Source: Azolla caroliniana (lineage: Eukaryota; Plantae; Polypodiophyta). From it: 64,000 nt of DNA. The position numbers and the translations under genes are program-made. This document shows positions 1 through 12,244 of this stretch, piece by piece; position 1 is the stretch's first letter; each line of letters begins with the position of its first letter. The stretch is taken from NCBI GenBank assembly GCA_043228905.1, contig JBHGNT010000001.1:17112001-17176000 (forward strand). Reading direction: 5' to 3'. The notes beneath the pieces are model-generated. The model had not been told where the DNA came from. It made no database searches and was given only the letters and a program-made list of their open reading frames with translations.

Positions 1-1972
1 CCGCATGCCACTGCAACCGCCAGCATCACACGAACCGTCGTCATCTTCGCTACCGTAGCGAAGGTCTAGTCTTAGTCGATTCCGTGGGTTTGTGCGTATC
101 CCTTCGCCATTAACCAGGCCTTGTACCGGTTAGCCGAACCGTCGGCATTGTACTTTACCTTGTACACCCACTTACATCCGATCGGTTTATAGTGTCGGGG
201 ACGGTCAACTACGTCCCCTGTGTCGTTTGCATCAAGTGCCCGCATTTCTTCCTCCATAGCGGCATGCCAATTTGCGTCCTTTGCTGCTTCTGCTAAGATC
301 TCCGGCTCACACACTTCCGCCACCTTCGTCATGTACGCATAGTGATGCGCCATGTACTCATTGTACCTGTACCCCTTCACGGGGTTCTTCTGGTGGGAAG
401 ATCGCGTAATCTATCGTTACCCGGTCTGAGGCCCTTCTTGGCCAGTTCGGACTTCATTCCCGAAGATCCACCTTCATCCTTTCCGAGGTCGGATTCGCTC
501 CGATCCGACTCAATGTTGCCAGTTTCGTATTTCGGCATCTTCTTTTGCTCATGTGAGTAACTGACTAAGATGCATATATCCGACTTTGCATCCAACTTCC
601 TTCGCTTTTCATTTGGAACATGCACATATGCAATGCCGAATATCCGAAGGTGTTCGTCTTGCGCCCGAAATACAGCTCATGCGCGAACACCTTGTCACCG
701 ATCTGGTTTTGGATGTAGATGGCCGTTCGAACTGCCTTAGCCCTGTAGAATTTGGGCATGCTCTTCGCCTCCAAGATCGCCCTTGCTGCGTCGATAAGCG
801 ACTGGTTCCTCCTTTTGGCCACACCGTTTTGCTCCAGTGTGTAGCTGCAGCTGAACTCTCTCCGAATTCCTTTTTGCTGTAGATAAGTGTTGAATTGACC
901 GGAAAAAGATTCTTTTCCACCATCCGATAGTAGGCATTTGATCTTCCTCTCCATTTCCCGTTCAACCAGGCTTGGCAGGTTCTAGAAACACTCGAAGACT
1001 TTGCTCTTCCGCTCGATGAGGTAGATCCATGTGTGCAAGCTATAATCGTCAATGAAGGAGATGAAGTATCGACTCCCGCCAAGACTAACATCGAGATTGT
1101 TATGGCTCCGGTTTCATTCGGTGGGGAATGGAAGCGTCACCTACTTGGGCCTTCCAGCCACTAAACTTTGGCAAACTAAAAACAACTTGTTTCGTTTGCA
1201 AGGCTTGAAGCCTTCGGTAATTGACGTGGCCGATCCGCTTGTGCTAGAGATCAATATCCGATTCAATCTTCGGTCCTTTGGTGAGAAAAGCAATGCCTAC
1301 GTCATTGGTGTCGAGGATGAATATCCTCCCATCTCTACACCCTTGTGCAATAATTTGGCCCTCTTCCTCGATGAAGCACCCAAGGTGCGTAAACCACACC
1401 TGCATCCCTTGGTCAATGATCTGACCGACTGACACCAGGTTCTTCATGATAGTTGGAATGTGTAATACGTTCATTAGCTTCCCCCTCTGTCCGATGTGGC
1501 TCAAAGGGACTTCTCCGACATGCATGATTGGGTGAGGAGTGTCGTCTTCGGTTTCGACGACCCCCGGTTGTTTCGGTTTCTCCAAGAAAGAGAACCACTC
1601 TTTGTGGCTCGTCATGTGATTTGACACACCAGAATCAACGTACCACACTTCCTCCAATTTGGAAGTGGTCTTCTTCATTGAGTTAGCCTCATGTTTCATC
1701 ACAGAGGATGGTCATTTACCGGCTTTTCCGGTTTTGGATCTTCCCGATCCTTCTACGTACTGTGAGTATTGCCAGTTCTCTCTGTCGGCCTTGCCGGATC
1801 TAGATCTGTCCGAATCAGCGCACTTTTGCTAGCATTCGCTTTCTCTGTGGCCCTTTTTACCATAGTACCAACATTCCGTGTCGCCCTTTGCTTGCCAGTC
1901 TCCGGCGCTGCCTGGACTCCCCCTGCTTGTGAAGGGTCCAAAACTATTGTCGGCACGTTCTCTGTGCCTTCG

Positions 1973-2276
1973 TGTTGAAGACGAGGCCGTGTCGATGCGG
2001 AAGATCAAGAAGCATTCGACTCTTCTCTGTACCTGCGTATGACAGTTTCTAGGTCGTTGCACAGAGATAGGGAGAGAGAGAGAGAGAGAGACACAAAAGA
2101 CTTTCTATTCCACAAAGCAATAATACAACACCCAACCTTACAAAAAGGTTACAAGGTCACTTTATATAGTGACCGACTTAGGGCAACTACCATTTATGCT
2201 AATTACACAAATGGCCCAAACTTAAGCTATACAAAGGGATAGTGTGAATACGTCCATTATATACTTGTATTCGACA
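1973..2276 (-). repeat. 3' LTR of copia B
   Basis: Direct repeat of 7177-7480; GA microsatellite; TATA within GGTCAC-TTTATATA-GTGACC. Confidence 0.97.
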
Positions 2277-2468
2277 CTCCCCCGTAATGGGCGTATACAT
2301 GGGTTATCTAAGATTACAGGTATAAACCTAGGTTCTCGGACATATCAGTTTTGTTCGAGTCGGCAGGGTCCGAGGCAGAAGACCGAACTGGTCGGGTCGG
2401 AAGAGTTGAAGCCGATCGTTAAGGAACTGATGTCGGTTGTCGGAAACCATCCTGCGCTGTGTCCGGCT

Positions 2469-5400
2469 CTAACCGGACTGGTTTGTTGTTACGCCCATCT
2501 GATGCCGAAGAGACCGAAAGCGGTCTGCCGAAAGACACTTGGTCATTCCATCTGCGACATTGTCGGTTGTGGATATTTTCTCTAGACCGATTTTCCCTGA
2601 AATGACGCAGTCCCGAACGAAGTGATATCGAACGTCGATATGTTTGGAGGCGTTGTGGTGAACCGGATTTCTCGACAAGGCAACAGCACCTTGACTGTCG
2701 CTATAGACAACTGGAGCCGAGTCATGGTCGACTTGTCGAAACGTGTGCGCCAGCCGGCCGAGCCACAAAGCTTCTTTTGCAGCGTCGGACGCAGCTACAT
2801 ATTCTGCTTCGGTCGTTGAGGTCGCTGTGCACTCCTGAAGTTTCGACTTCCACGAAATTGCTCCGTTGCCGAACTTGAAGCAGTATCCGGTTGTTGATTT
2901 CCGACTGTCTATACAGCCGGCGAAGTCCGAGTCGGTGTAACCGACTACGCCTGAGGTTCGGTTCGGACCGAAAAGAATGCCGTGGTCTTTTGTGCCAGCC
3001 AGATATCTGAACACATGCTTGACTGCGTTCCAATGCGATCGGCCAGGATTGTGCATAAATCTGCTAACGACTCCTACGGCGTGAGAAATTTCAGGCCGTG
3101 TCGCGACCATCAGGTACATAAGGGAGCCGACTGCCGGTGCATATGGTACCGACTTCATATCTTCCCCCTCCGGACCGGATGTCGGGCAATCTCGCTGAGA
3201 GAGCCGAAGATTCATGGGGAGCGGGGTTGATGCAGATTTGGCTGATTGCATGTTGAAGCGTTCTAAGACACGTCGGATATAGTCGGTCTGAGACAAAAAA
3301 AGATGTCGTTTATCGCGATGCCGACTAATCTTCATGCCGAGTATGTGTCGTGCCGGACCGAGGTCCTTCATGGCAAACTTCAACCGCAGTTGCCGAATGA
3401 GATCGGCAAGTTCGCCCGCGTGGCGTCCAGAAATTAGCATGTCGTCCACGTAAATGATGAGGAAGATGGGTGATCCATCTTGAGCTGTGTTGGTAAAGAG
3501 ACAATGGTCCTCATCGCTTTTTGAGAAGCCGATCGATTGGATGAAATCGTCGAACTTCTTGTACCATTGTCGCGGTGCCTGTTTGAGGCCGTATAGACTC
3601 TTCCTGAGTCGGCAGACTAGATGTTCTTGGCCAGTTGCCACGAAGCCTTTTGGCTGTTCCATATAAATTTCCTCTTCAAGATCACCATGGAGGAAGGCGG
3701 TTTTGACATCTAGCTGAATCAGCTCCAAGTTGTCGGCTGCCACTACGCCGAGTAGAAAACGAAGGGTTGTCATTTTCACCACTGGTGAAAAAATCTCGTC
3801 GAAGTCGACGCCATATTCTTGTCGGAAGCCCTTCGCAACTAATCTGGCCTTGTACTTTGGGGTGGTCGAATCAGACGTCTCTTTTAGTCGATAAACCCAC
3901 TTGCAAGGAAGAGCACGTCGGTTCCTAGGTAATTCGACCAGATCCCAAGTCTTGTTTGCCCGAATGGAGTGCATTTCCGACTCCATCGCCAGATGCCAGG
4001 TGGCTGAATCGACAGATGTCGATGCTTCTTCGTAAGATGTCGGTTCGCCGGCGTCGGTGAAGAAAATTCCAGGAGAATACCTCTCCGGAGGTTGCGACAG
4101 TCTCTCGGATCGTCGAGGTAAGATTGGACTGGTCGCATCGGGTATCGAGGTCGGGTGGTCCGAAAGCGGATTGTTCTGCTGTGCCGAGTCGGGGTTGTCC
4201 GAGTCGGTAATGTAAGGTTCAGCTACCCGTGAAGCTGACCGTGTGTTAAGAGCGGGGCCTTCTTGAAGGGTCGGCACATCGGAAAATGTTACCCTTCGGA
4301 CTTCGATCGGTTTTTCGACTGATGGATGCATAGCCGACTCGTTGAACACAACGTCCGAACTTCGAACGATTTGTCTGCGTTCGGGGTCCCAGAGTCGGTA
4401 TCCCATTTCGCCGTCGGATCCATATCCAAGGAAAATGCATTTCCTGGACCGAGGTGCAAGTTTTCGGCGATCATCTTTCGGAATAAGGGCGTACGCCTCG
4501 CATCCGAAGATCCTCAGCTTGTCGTAATTCGGCTTACTGCCGATCCATAGTTCCTGAGGAATTTGAAGTCCTAGAGGTCTGCTTGGCGACATATTGATTA
4601 TGTGTACTGCCGTGAGTAGAGCCTCTGCCCAGAAGCCATCCGACAGTCCGGAGTGTTGGAGCATGGAAACTATCCGTTCTTGGATTGTCCGATTCATTCG
4701 TTCTGCAATCCCGTTTTGCTCCGGACTGTGTGGTGCCGTAAATTCACGTCGGATGCCGCGTTGTCGGCAGAATTTGACGAATTCTTCGGATTTGAACTCT
4801 CCCCCATTGTCTGTCCGAAAGCATTTCAGCTTTCGGTCGGTTTGATTTTCTACCATAGCGAGCCAATCGGTGAAGATCGAGAAGACACGATCTTTGGTGC
4901 GAATTGGATAAGCCCACACCTTTCGAGTCGAATCGTCAATAAAACTGACGAAGTAAGAGGCACCGCCGAGAGACTGATGCGGCATTGGGCCACAGACGTC
5001 CGAGTGGACTAAATCGAGAGGTCTCGTTTCTCGTGGTGCTGATGTCGGGTGTGATGCGGCTGCTTGTTTGCCATACTGGCAATGCTCGCAGAATTGGTGG
5101 TCGGAGAAGGAGAGTTTGGGGATGTATCCGGCTCTAGATAGATGCGTAATGCCGGCCTTGCTGAGGTGTCCTAATCTTCGGTGCCATAGTGATGACACAG
5201 GAATATCCACCAAAAACAGGTTACCCTCTCTGAGCGTAACATGTAACGGATACAGGGAGTGTATCTTGGGTCCTCTAGCAAGCAGGAGGTTCCCCCTGTG
5301 GATTGTCCACCCTCCCGAAGAAAAACCGGCACGAATGCCGTCTTCATCTAGTTGTCCGACTGAGATCAATGGCCTTGAGAGCTCGGGTACATGTCGGACA

Positions 5401-6485
5401 TTGTGGAGTACAAGTGTAGAGCCACCTGCAAGGTTGAGCTCTACTGTGCCGATTCCGATGATGTCACAGTGTTGTGAGTTGCCGACTCGAACTGAGTCGG
5501 AGTGACGGATCGTATATTGCCGAAATTGGGATCGATGAGGAGTCACGTGAAATGACGCGCCCGAATCTAAGAGCCATGTGCTCGATTCTTCAGTTGTGAG
5601 TAGAACTTCTGATCCGACTGGATTTTCGATTGATAGTATATTCGGGTCGTCTGGTAGCACATCAGCTGAGAAGCTGACGTAATTGATCTCCTCATGCCGG
5701 CCACTCTTCTTGTTGTTCTTGTTTTTGAGTGCGCGGCAGTCGGCTTTGATGTGTCCGGGTTTCTTGCAATAGTTGCAGATTCGGTTATCCCGTGACTGGC
5801 TCCGTCTTCGCTGATTGTTCGGTGGCCGTGAGGAATCTCTTCCTCGTATGTTCGATCGGTCTGTCGAACCTTGTACTACGTAAGCGTCGTCTGTTGAGTC
5901 TTTGGCGAAAGACTTTCTCCGAGCTGCTTCGGTCAGGATTGCGCTCGTGACTTCGGAGTATTTAACAGCCGTGGTTGACGCGTTGCACACGGTTGTGACG
6001 AAAGTTTCCCATGATGAGGGAAGGCTGCTCATGAGTATCATTGCTCTGAGTTCATCCTCGATTGCCGTCCCCTGAGATGAGATTTGGGAGCTTATGCTTT
6101 CGTACTCATTGAGATGTGCTTGAACCGAATCGGATTCTTTCATCCGCAAGTTGTAGAGGCGCCGGATCAGAAACATCTTCGTTGCGGCGACCTTCTTTTC
6201 GTAAGTGTCCGACAGTGTTTTCCACAGTTCGAATGCTGTCGTACACGATTGCACCGTAAAGTATACCGATTCCGATAGGTGCATCCGAATCGTGGCGCGG
6301 ACGATTCTGTCCAGCTTCTGCCACTCAATTGGTTTGTATCCTTCTGGAGGTTCTTCATTTTCGATGGGATCGATTTGCCCCTTGACTATGAGATAGTCCT
6401 GCATTTGCTCTTTCCAGAAGTTGAAGTTCGATCCATCGAACTTTCGTAGACTCATTTCTGACGAGCCGGATGTTGATGCCATCAA
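2469..6485 (-). CDS. Copia Gag-Pol polyprotein (Gag, zinc knuckle, protease, integrase, RT, RNase H), 1338 aa
   Basis: CNYCKKPGHIKADC knuckle, WLLDSGASFH protease, HSDVCGP/TDNGGEF/NGIAER integrase, YVDD RT, YTDSDFAG and DSQGA RNase H; copia domain order. Confidence 0.97.
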   Translation of the reverse strand: MMASTSGSSEMSLRKFDGSNFNFWKEQMQDYLIVKGQIDPIENEEPPEGYKPIEWQKLDRIVRATIRMHLSESVYFTVQSCTTAFELWKTLSDTYEKKVAATKMFLIRRLYNLRMKESDSVQAHLNEYESISSQISSQGTAIEDELRAMILMSSLPSSWETFVTTVCNASTTAVKYSEVTSAILTEAARRKSFAKDSTDDAYVVQGSTDRSNIRGRDSSRPPNNQRRRSQSRDNRICNYCKKPGHIKADCRALKNKNNKKSGRHEEINYVSFSADVLPDDPNILSIENPVGSEVLLTTEESSTWLLDSGASFHVTPHRSQFRQYTIRHSDSVRVGNSQHCDIIGIGTVELNLAGGSTLVLHNVRHVPELSRPLISVGQLDEDGIRAGFSSGGWTIHRGNLLLARGPKIHSLYPLHVTLREGNLFLVDIPVSSLWHRRLGHLSKAGITHLSRAGYIPKLSFSDHQFCEHCQYGKQAAASHPTSAPRETRPLDLVHSDVCGPMPHQSLGGASYFVSFIDDSTRKVWAYPIRTKDRVFSIFTDWLAMVENQTDRKLKCFRTDNGGEFKSEEFVKFCRQRGIRREFTAPHSPEQNGIAERMNRTIQERIVSMLQHSGLSDGFWAEALLTAVHIINMSPSRPLGLQIPQELWIGSKPNYDKLRIFGCEAYALIPKDDRRKLAPRSRKCIFLGYGSDGEMGYRLWDPERRQIVRSSDVVFNESAMHPSVEKPIEVRRVTFSDVPTLQEGPALNTRSASRVAEPYITDSDNPDSAQQNNPLSDHPTSIPDATSPILPRRSERLSQPPERYSPGIFFTDAGEPTSYEEASTSVDSATWHLAMESEMHSIRANKTWDLVELPRNRRALPCKWVYRLKETSDSTTPKYKARLVAKGFRQEYGVDFDEIFSPVVKMTTLRFLLGVVAADNLELIQLDVKTAFLHGDLEEEIYMEQPKGFVATGQEHLVCRLRKSLYGLKQAPRQWYKKFDDFIQSIGFSKSDEDHCLFTNTAQDGSPIFLIIYVDDMLISGRHAGELADLIRQLRLKFAMKDLGPARHILGMKISRHRDKRHLFLSQTDYIRRVLERFNMQSAKSASTPLPMNLRLSQRDCPTSGPEGEDMKSVPYAPAVGSLMYLMVATRPEISHAVGVVSRFMHNPGRSHWNAVKHVFRYLAGTKDHGILFGPNRTSGVVGYTDSDFAGCIDSRKSTTGYCFKFGNGAISWKSKLQECTATSTTEAEYVAASDAAKEALWLGRLAHTFRQVDHDSAPVVYSDSQGAVALSRNPVHHNASKHIDVRYHFVRDCVISGKIGLEKISTTDNVADGMTKCLSADRFRSLRHQMGVTTNQSG

Positions 6486-7162
6486 ATTTGGTTTCGGTTG
6501 ACGAAGCTCGGTTCGGAGTTGACTACGAACCTTGTTGGAGTGCAGCCGGTTGGCTCACCCGATATCGTTCTAGTCGGATTTGAACCCGAGTCGGTTCGGC
6601 TTCGGATATATGTATTGTTGAACTTGCTCGGATTGACTCCGGTAACTTGAGGGACAGGACCGACTGGTCTTCCCGAATGTTGCCGAGTCGGAGTGAGCCC
6701 GGTTCGCTTCGGATATATGTGCCGAATACCGATTATTGAAACCGATTATCTGGACCGATTCTGCTTCGGGTGGCTGCAGCGACGAGAGAGACAGATCCAA
6801 CTGATCCTCCCGAATGTCGATCAGCCGGATGAAGCGCGAATTGGGGTTGTTGTCTTGAGACCGATCTGCACCGAGTGGTTACAACGAGCGGCGAGCAGCG
6901 TTTAATGACCTTTTCGGATGTCGTTTAACCGAGTGAAGCACGATCGTGTCAATGTTGCACAAGGGGATTTCACCTCGAGCGGTTGCGATCACAAGGAAAC
7001 AGAGTACAGCCGGCTGGCTTACTCCAAGCAAAGATGATCTAACGCGATGAGATGCAGGCCTCGTTTTTCTTCTTCTCTCTTCTTCGAATGACGCAGGAAA
7101 CCGAATGCTGTGCAGGCTGAGACGACGTCCGACAGCGGATTGAAGGACCGAATGCTCTGCAG

Positions 7163-7174
7163 GCTCTGATACCA
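7163..7174 (-). promoter_or_regulatory. Primer-binding site (tRNA-iMet) of copia B
   Basis: Reverse complement is TGGTATCAGAGC, 2 nt from the 5' LTR. Confidence 0.95.
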
Positions 7175-7176
7175 GA

Positions 7177-7480
7177 TGTTGAAGACGAGGCCGTGTCGAT
7201 GCGGAAGATCAAGAAGCATTCAACTCTTCTCTGTACCTGCGTATGACAGTTTCTAGGTCGTTGCACAGAGATAGGGAGAGAGAGAGAGAGAGAGACACAA
7301 AAGACTTTCTATTCCACAAAGCAATAATACAACACCCAACCTTACAAAAAGGTTACAAGGTCACTTTATATAGTGACCGACTTAGGGCAACTACCATTTA
7401 TGCTAATTACACAAATGGCCCAAACTTAAGCTATACAAAGGGATAGTGTGAATACGTCCATTATATACTTGTATTCGACA
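7177..7480 (-). repeat. 5' LTR of copia B
   Basis: Direct repeat of 1973-2276, followed by TSD CTTCG. Confidence 0.97.
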
Positions 7481-8267
7481 CTTCGGTCCTGCTCTTGCCG
7501 GCTACTACCGTTGCGAGCCGACCCGCCTTGTCCACCATGCCCATAGCGCCGATCCGCCTCCGTGTACAACATCCGGTTGTCGGTGGGTGCACTTGTTGAC
7601 GCACTGGCATGGTTCTCCTCTACAAGGAGCATCGATTGTAAGTCGAAAAATGACGACGTATTCTCCCTTGTACATACCGCCGTTCGGAACGCTCTGAACT
7701 TAGACGCTAGGCCCCCACGACAGATCTGCACCATCTCATCTTCCTCTACAGTGACATTGATAGAGGCAAGTGAGTCACTAACCTCTTTGATTCGGGCTGT
7801 GTAATCGGCTACGGACATGTCCTTCTGTCGGACATTGCTCAACTCCTGTCGAAGTTGAAGCTTCCGGGCCATAGTGCTTGTTACGAAAACATTCTTCAGG
7901 TTTCCCCAAGCTTCTTTTGGCATCTTGGCATCTCGGACATGGCTCAACAGTTGGTCTCCGATACTAGACGCAAAGCAATACATCACTCTACTTGTTGCTT
8001 GTTCCCACACTCGGAAGTTCTTGTGTGCCGCATCAGGTGTTGTGTCGTTAGCTCCATCGACATAGCTCTAGTAACCATGCCCAAGCAGGTACTGGTGCAT
8101 CTACTAAGACCATGATGCGTAATTGGATCTGTGGAGCTTCTCCACCAGGAGCAAGCTAGCCATTCCTCTGTCCATCACTTCTCTTTCTGTTCTTACCGGG
8201 TCTTAGGGTTTGTCATTAGATGTTGATGTCGGCTGTAGAGGTTCTCAACCCTTGCGCTCTGATACCA

Positions 8268-8713
8268 TGTAAAAGGAATAGCGTGTTGAAGCAATAGGAA
8301 ACCAAACACAGAAACACCGGTTTAATGGAGAGCTTGAATATACAGAGTACGCGGGAGAGACAGAGAAAGAGCAAAACAACTTAAATCTATTCTTAACAAC
8401 CCTGTAAAATTCTATGTACATACAACGTGTTCAACAACACTATTTATACAAGTCCTAAGAGGACTTACAGAAGTACGGTGTACTTCAATGCTCACACGAG
8501 TGTCTGACACTAATTACTAGACATTAACTACCTAGTAGTCTAGATTGTTGCTAGGCTTCCGATTATTGCTGGATCCGGCTAACCGGCTCCCCAGCTCACC
8601 GGCTCACTGGCTCACTTGCTCACTGGCTCACCGATCCGGCTCATCCTTCAGGATGCCGATCCGGCTCAAGCTTATTCAGCCGATCCGGATCTTGTTGAGC
8701 TTGCCGCTCAACA
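8268..8713 (-). repeat. 5' LTR of copia A
   Basis: TGT...AACA termini next to a Met PBS; similar to the LTR at 56631-56998 (shared GATCCGGATC..TTGAGCTTG..GCTCAACA end). Confidence 0.8.
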
Positions 8714-11700
8714 ACCACCCTTCCGCTCCCACGCCAAAATCGATAGTGTAGACGAGAAATCCCGATCTGTCCTATACTAGCTAGGATCTCCACGTCAGGA
8801 CCTTGGTAGATGACTAGTCCACATCAAAGAGACCTTCGTTTGAACCACTCATGGGGAAGTTAGGAAAATGTTTGCGTAATGTCTCTTCAGTTTCCCATGT
8901 GTTGTCTTCTTCCAATCTATCCTTCCACTTAACCTTGTAGCGATGAACAACCTTTGACCTTAGGTTTCTAGACGTATGGTTGAGGATTTTCTCAGGTTCA
9001 TGTGGAGCAAAATGATCATCCTCTAATGTCGATAAATTAGACAGTGTTACAACATTATCATCATAACCAATCGCCTCCTTTAATCGACTCATGTGGAATA
9101 CGGGATGAACCATCACATTGGAAAGCAAATCCAAACGATAAGCATTGGGACCTATACGTTTTAAAACTTTATATGGTCCACAATACCTTGGGGCTAATTT
9201 TGCGCATGGTCTTGTTCTCAATATTTCTGAGTCCTTAGGAACCCGTAGAAAAACTTGTTGTCCTACGTGAAATTCCCTCAGTTTTCTATCATGATTCACA
9301 TAAAATACATTTCTGGCCCGTGCCATCTTAAGGTTTTCTTCTGCCAATTTACGTGCTTCAAGCATATCAGACAAAAAATCCTTTGTACTATCCAAAGTAT
9401 GCGAATCAAACGAAACATCAATAGGAGGATGTTGCGTATAACCATACATCAACATGAACGGACTATATTTTGTTGATGTATGCTTAGCGTTGTTGTAGGC
9501 AAATTCCACCATAGGAAGGTAAGTCTCCCATAATGAGGGTTTTTGCGCTACATATGCTCTCAACATATCCTCTAATATCTGATTCACTCTCTCAGTCTGC
9601 CCATCTGACTGAGGATGATTAGAAGAACCGAGACTCGAGGTTGTTTGCAGTTTTTGCATAACTTCTGACCAAAATGTACTTGTAAACTTGGAGTCTCAAT
9701 CACTTACAATCTCCATCAGTAGACCATATAAGCTATAAAGATGTTTAATAAACTTAATTGCCAATTGTTTTGTGGTAATCGTGGATTTTGTTGGAATGAA
9801 TCTTGCCATCTTGGTAAGTTGATCAACAACTACCCAAATGACATTATTTCCCTCAATGGAACGAGGTAATCCAACTATGAAATCCATGGATATACTTTGC
9901 CACTTTTCAGCTGGAATATCGAGAGGTTGCAATAAGCCAACTTTTTTCTGTTACTCAGCCTTAATGACCTGACATTGTGGACATCGAATGACATAGGACT
10001 CTCCCTTAGGTTTCATTTTTGGCCAGAAAAACCTGGCTTTAATCAAAGCTAATGTTCTTTGCACACCTGGATGACCAGCAGAAGGGGCATCATGAAATTC
10101 ATACAGAATTTTATTCTTGATGTCCTTTGTGTGTGGTATGCAAACTTACTATTGCGGTACAATAACCCATTTGCAACATAGTAAAGGTTCTTCGGGGTAG
10201 ATGTGGTTCCATGATCGACGTCAATACCTGTTTCAGCTCTCTTCCAGAACTTCAAAAATGTTCTGTCATCAAGGTATTTTTGTTTACCCTAGATCAAATC
10301 ATATAAGTCGTTGTTAAATTCCACGAAACTTAGGGCATTAATTTCTGGAATACGACTCAGGGCATCTGCAATGAAATTGAAAGCCCCTTTTTGATATCTA
10401 ATTTCGAAATCAAAGTCTTGCATCAACTCCGCCCATCTTGCCTTTGGACCCTCAAAATTCTTTTGAGAGAGCAAGTATTCCAAGGATTTGTGATCCATTA
10501 AAATAGTAAATTTACTAACATATAAATATTGTTGGCATTTCTTTAAGGCGTAAATAATAGCAAATAATTCTTTTTCTTGAACCAAGTAATTTCTTGAACC
10601 AAGGTATAGCTAAAGTAGGTGCATTCAGAGTTAATGACTTCAACTTATTGAAGGTTTCTTCAAGAGAGGCATTCCACTCAATAGGTTTAGTGGACTCTCT
10701 TGTAATACCCTTCAATAGGTTCGTAAATGGTGCTGTGTAGGATGAATAGTTTTGAAGAGATCTTCTTAGGAATCCAACAAATCCTAAGAAAGATCATAGC
10801 TCCTTAACATTTGAAGGTCGTGACCAATTTAATACTACTTCTATCTTAGATTTAACAATAGAAACACCCGACCTAGATATGTGGTGTCCAAGATACGTAA
10901 TCTCCTTTTGAAAGAAATCACATTTAGATAGTTTGGCAAATAGCTTGTATTCACAAAGCTTGTCCAAAACTATTTGGACATGATGCATATGATCCTTAAA
11001 TGTATTACTATATACCATGATATCATCAAGGAATACAACCATGAAATCACCAAGCTGATCTCTAAATATATCATTCATCAATTGCTGGAATGTGGCTGGA
11101 GCATCAGTCAACCCAAATGGTAGAACCCGAAACTCATAATGACCATAACGGGTTCGAAAAGCTGTTTTGGAAACATCTTCTTCCAAAACCCTGATCTGAT
11201 GATAGCCAGTGCGCAAGTCTATCTTAGTAAAATATCTTGCACTTTGGAGTCTATCTATCAAGTCATCAAAACGAGGCAAAGGGTTGGAATTGCGAATGGT
11301 GAGTTTATTCAAACCTTTGTAATTCACACACATTCGCCAAGTTCCATCCTTCTTCTTGGCTAAGATAACAGGAGCTCCCCATGACGATTTACTGTACCGG
11401 ATGTGTCCTATCCTCAAGTACTCCTTGATTTGTCGGGAAATTTCATCCTCTTCGGTTGGACTCAACCGATATGGGGGTATGCTCACAGGTTTAGGATTAA
11501 ATATATATATATAACATATTTTCCCGTACTAAAGCACACAACGTGAATCCAATCAAACATTATTTTTTTAGGATTAAAACCTCTCTAATACCATATGTAA
11601 TAACCAAGATCATTAATCCTAAAATAAAGATATAAATGACACAATCATACTGAAAATACGCGTTACCACCCATCCGCCCCCGCGCTAGAGTCGATAGTGC

Positions 11701-11984
11701 AGACGAGGAATCCCGATCTGTCACATACCAACTAGGATCTCCACGTCAAAACCTTGTAGATGATTAGTCCACATCAAAGAGAGCTTCATTTGAACCATTC
11801 ATGGGGCTCCCCTTAACCAAGGAGATTCTCCCCTATTTATAGGACCTAGGCCATGAAATGATATCTACCTAACCAATCATGTGCGGGGTACCCTATGACA
11901 CACATTACATCAGTCCAATAAAGCCGACGACTCAGATATTATAGTATGATAACCCCCTAATAAGCACGTCTAAACCAATGAACA
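8714..11984 (-). mobile_element. Element C: degenerate, internally deleted chromovirus-type Ty3/gypsy with Met PBS
   Basis: RT 10794-11486 (PPYRLS..FLDD), RNase H 10289-10585, integrase plus chromodomain 8814-9932 (PEKIL..YKVKWK..NTWE). 5' LTR 11596-11984 (TGT..AACA), PBS CTCTAATACCA 11583-11593. 3' LTR remnant 8714-~8855 matches 11666-~11806. Confidence 0.85.
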
Positions 11985-12232
11985 TCGAACCAAATCGGTT
12001 CAATGCTAGTCTTAAGCCTCCTAGCTACTATTGTATATTCTCTTAACATAATATATATCTTTTGTTATCATCATTCTCTCTCTCTTTCGATCTATCTCTC
12101 TCTCACTCTTTCCTTCTCTTGAGAGTTCTACACCTTCTTTAGTACTAATTCTCATCTTTTTGTAATAATTCCTTCTCTGTCTTAGTATTGTTCCTAACAG
12201 TACTTCTCTGTCTTAGTACTGTTCCTGACAGT

Positions 12233-12244
12233 TTGAACTGATTT
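12233..12244 (+). promoter_or_regulatory. Putative self-priming PBS of element D
   Basis: TTGAACTGATTT is complementary (11 Watson-Crick pairs plus one G:U) to AAATCGGTTCAA in the LTR (11992-12003; 40485-40496, 33 nt after TATAAAA). Confidence 0.7.

Larger units (their letters stand above)
1973..7480 (-). mobile_element. Element B: intact, very young Ty1/copia LTR retrotransposon
   Basis: LTRs 1973-2276 and 7177-7480 (304 bp, TG..CA, one mismatch at 2018/7222); TSD CTTCG at 1968-1972 and 7481-7485; Met PBS 7163-7174; PPT (CTCCCCC on +) at 2277-2283; single intact ORF. Confidence 0.98.
1..8713 (-). mobile_element. Element A: degenerate Ty1/copia LTR retrotransposon (3' part runs off the window), interrupted by element B
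   Basis: Fragmented ORFs: gag 7426-8010, zinc knuckle CWYYGKKGHRESEC, protease WYVDSG (1244-1702), integrase SDGGKE..EQNGVA (565-954), RT start KPIGCKWVYKVK (72-380). PBS GCTCTGATACCA at 8256-8267, 5' LTR at 8268-8713. Confidence 0.9.
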
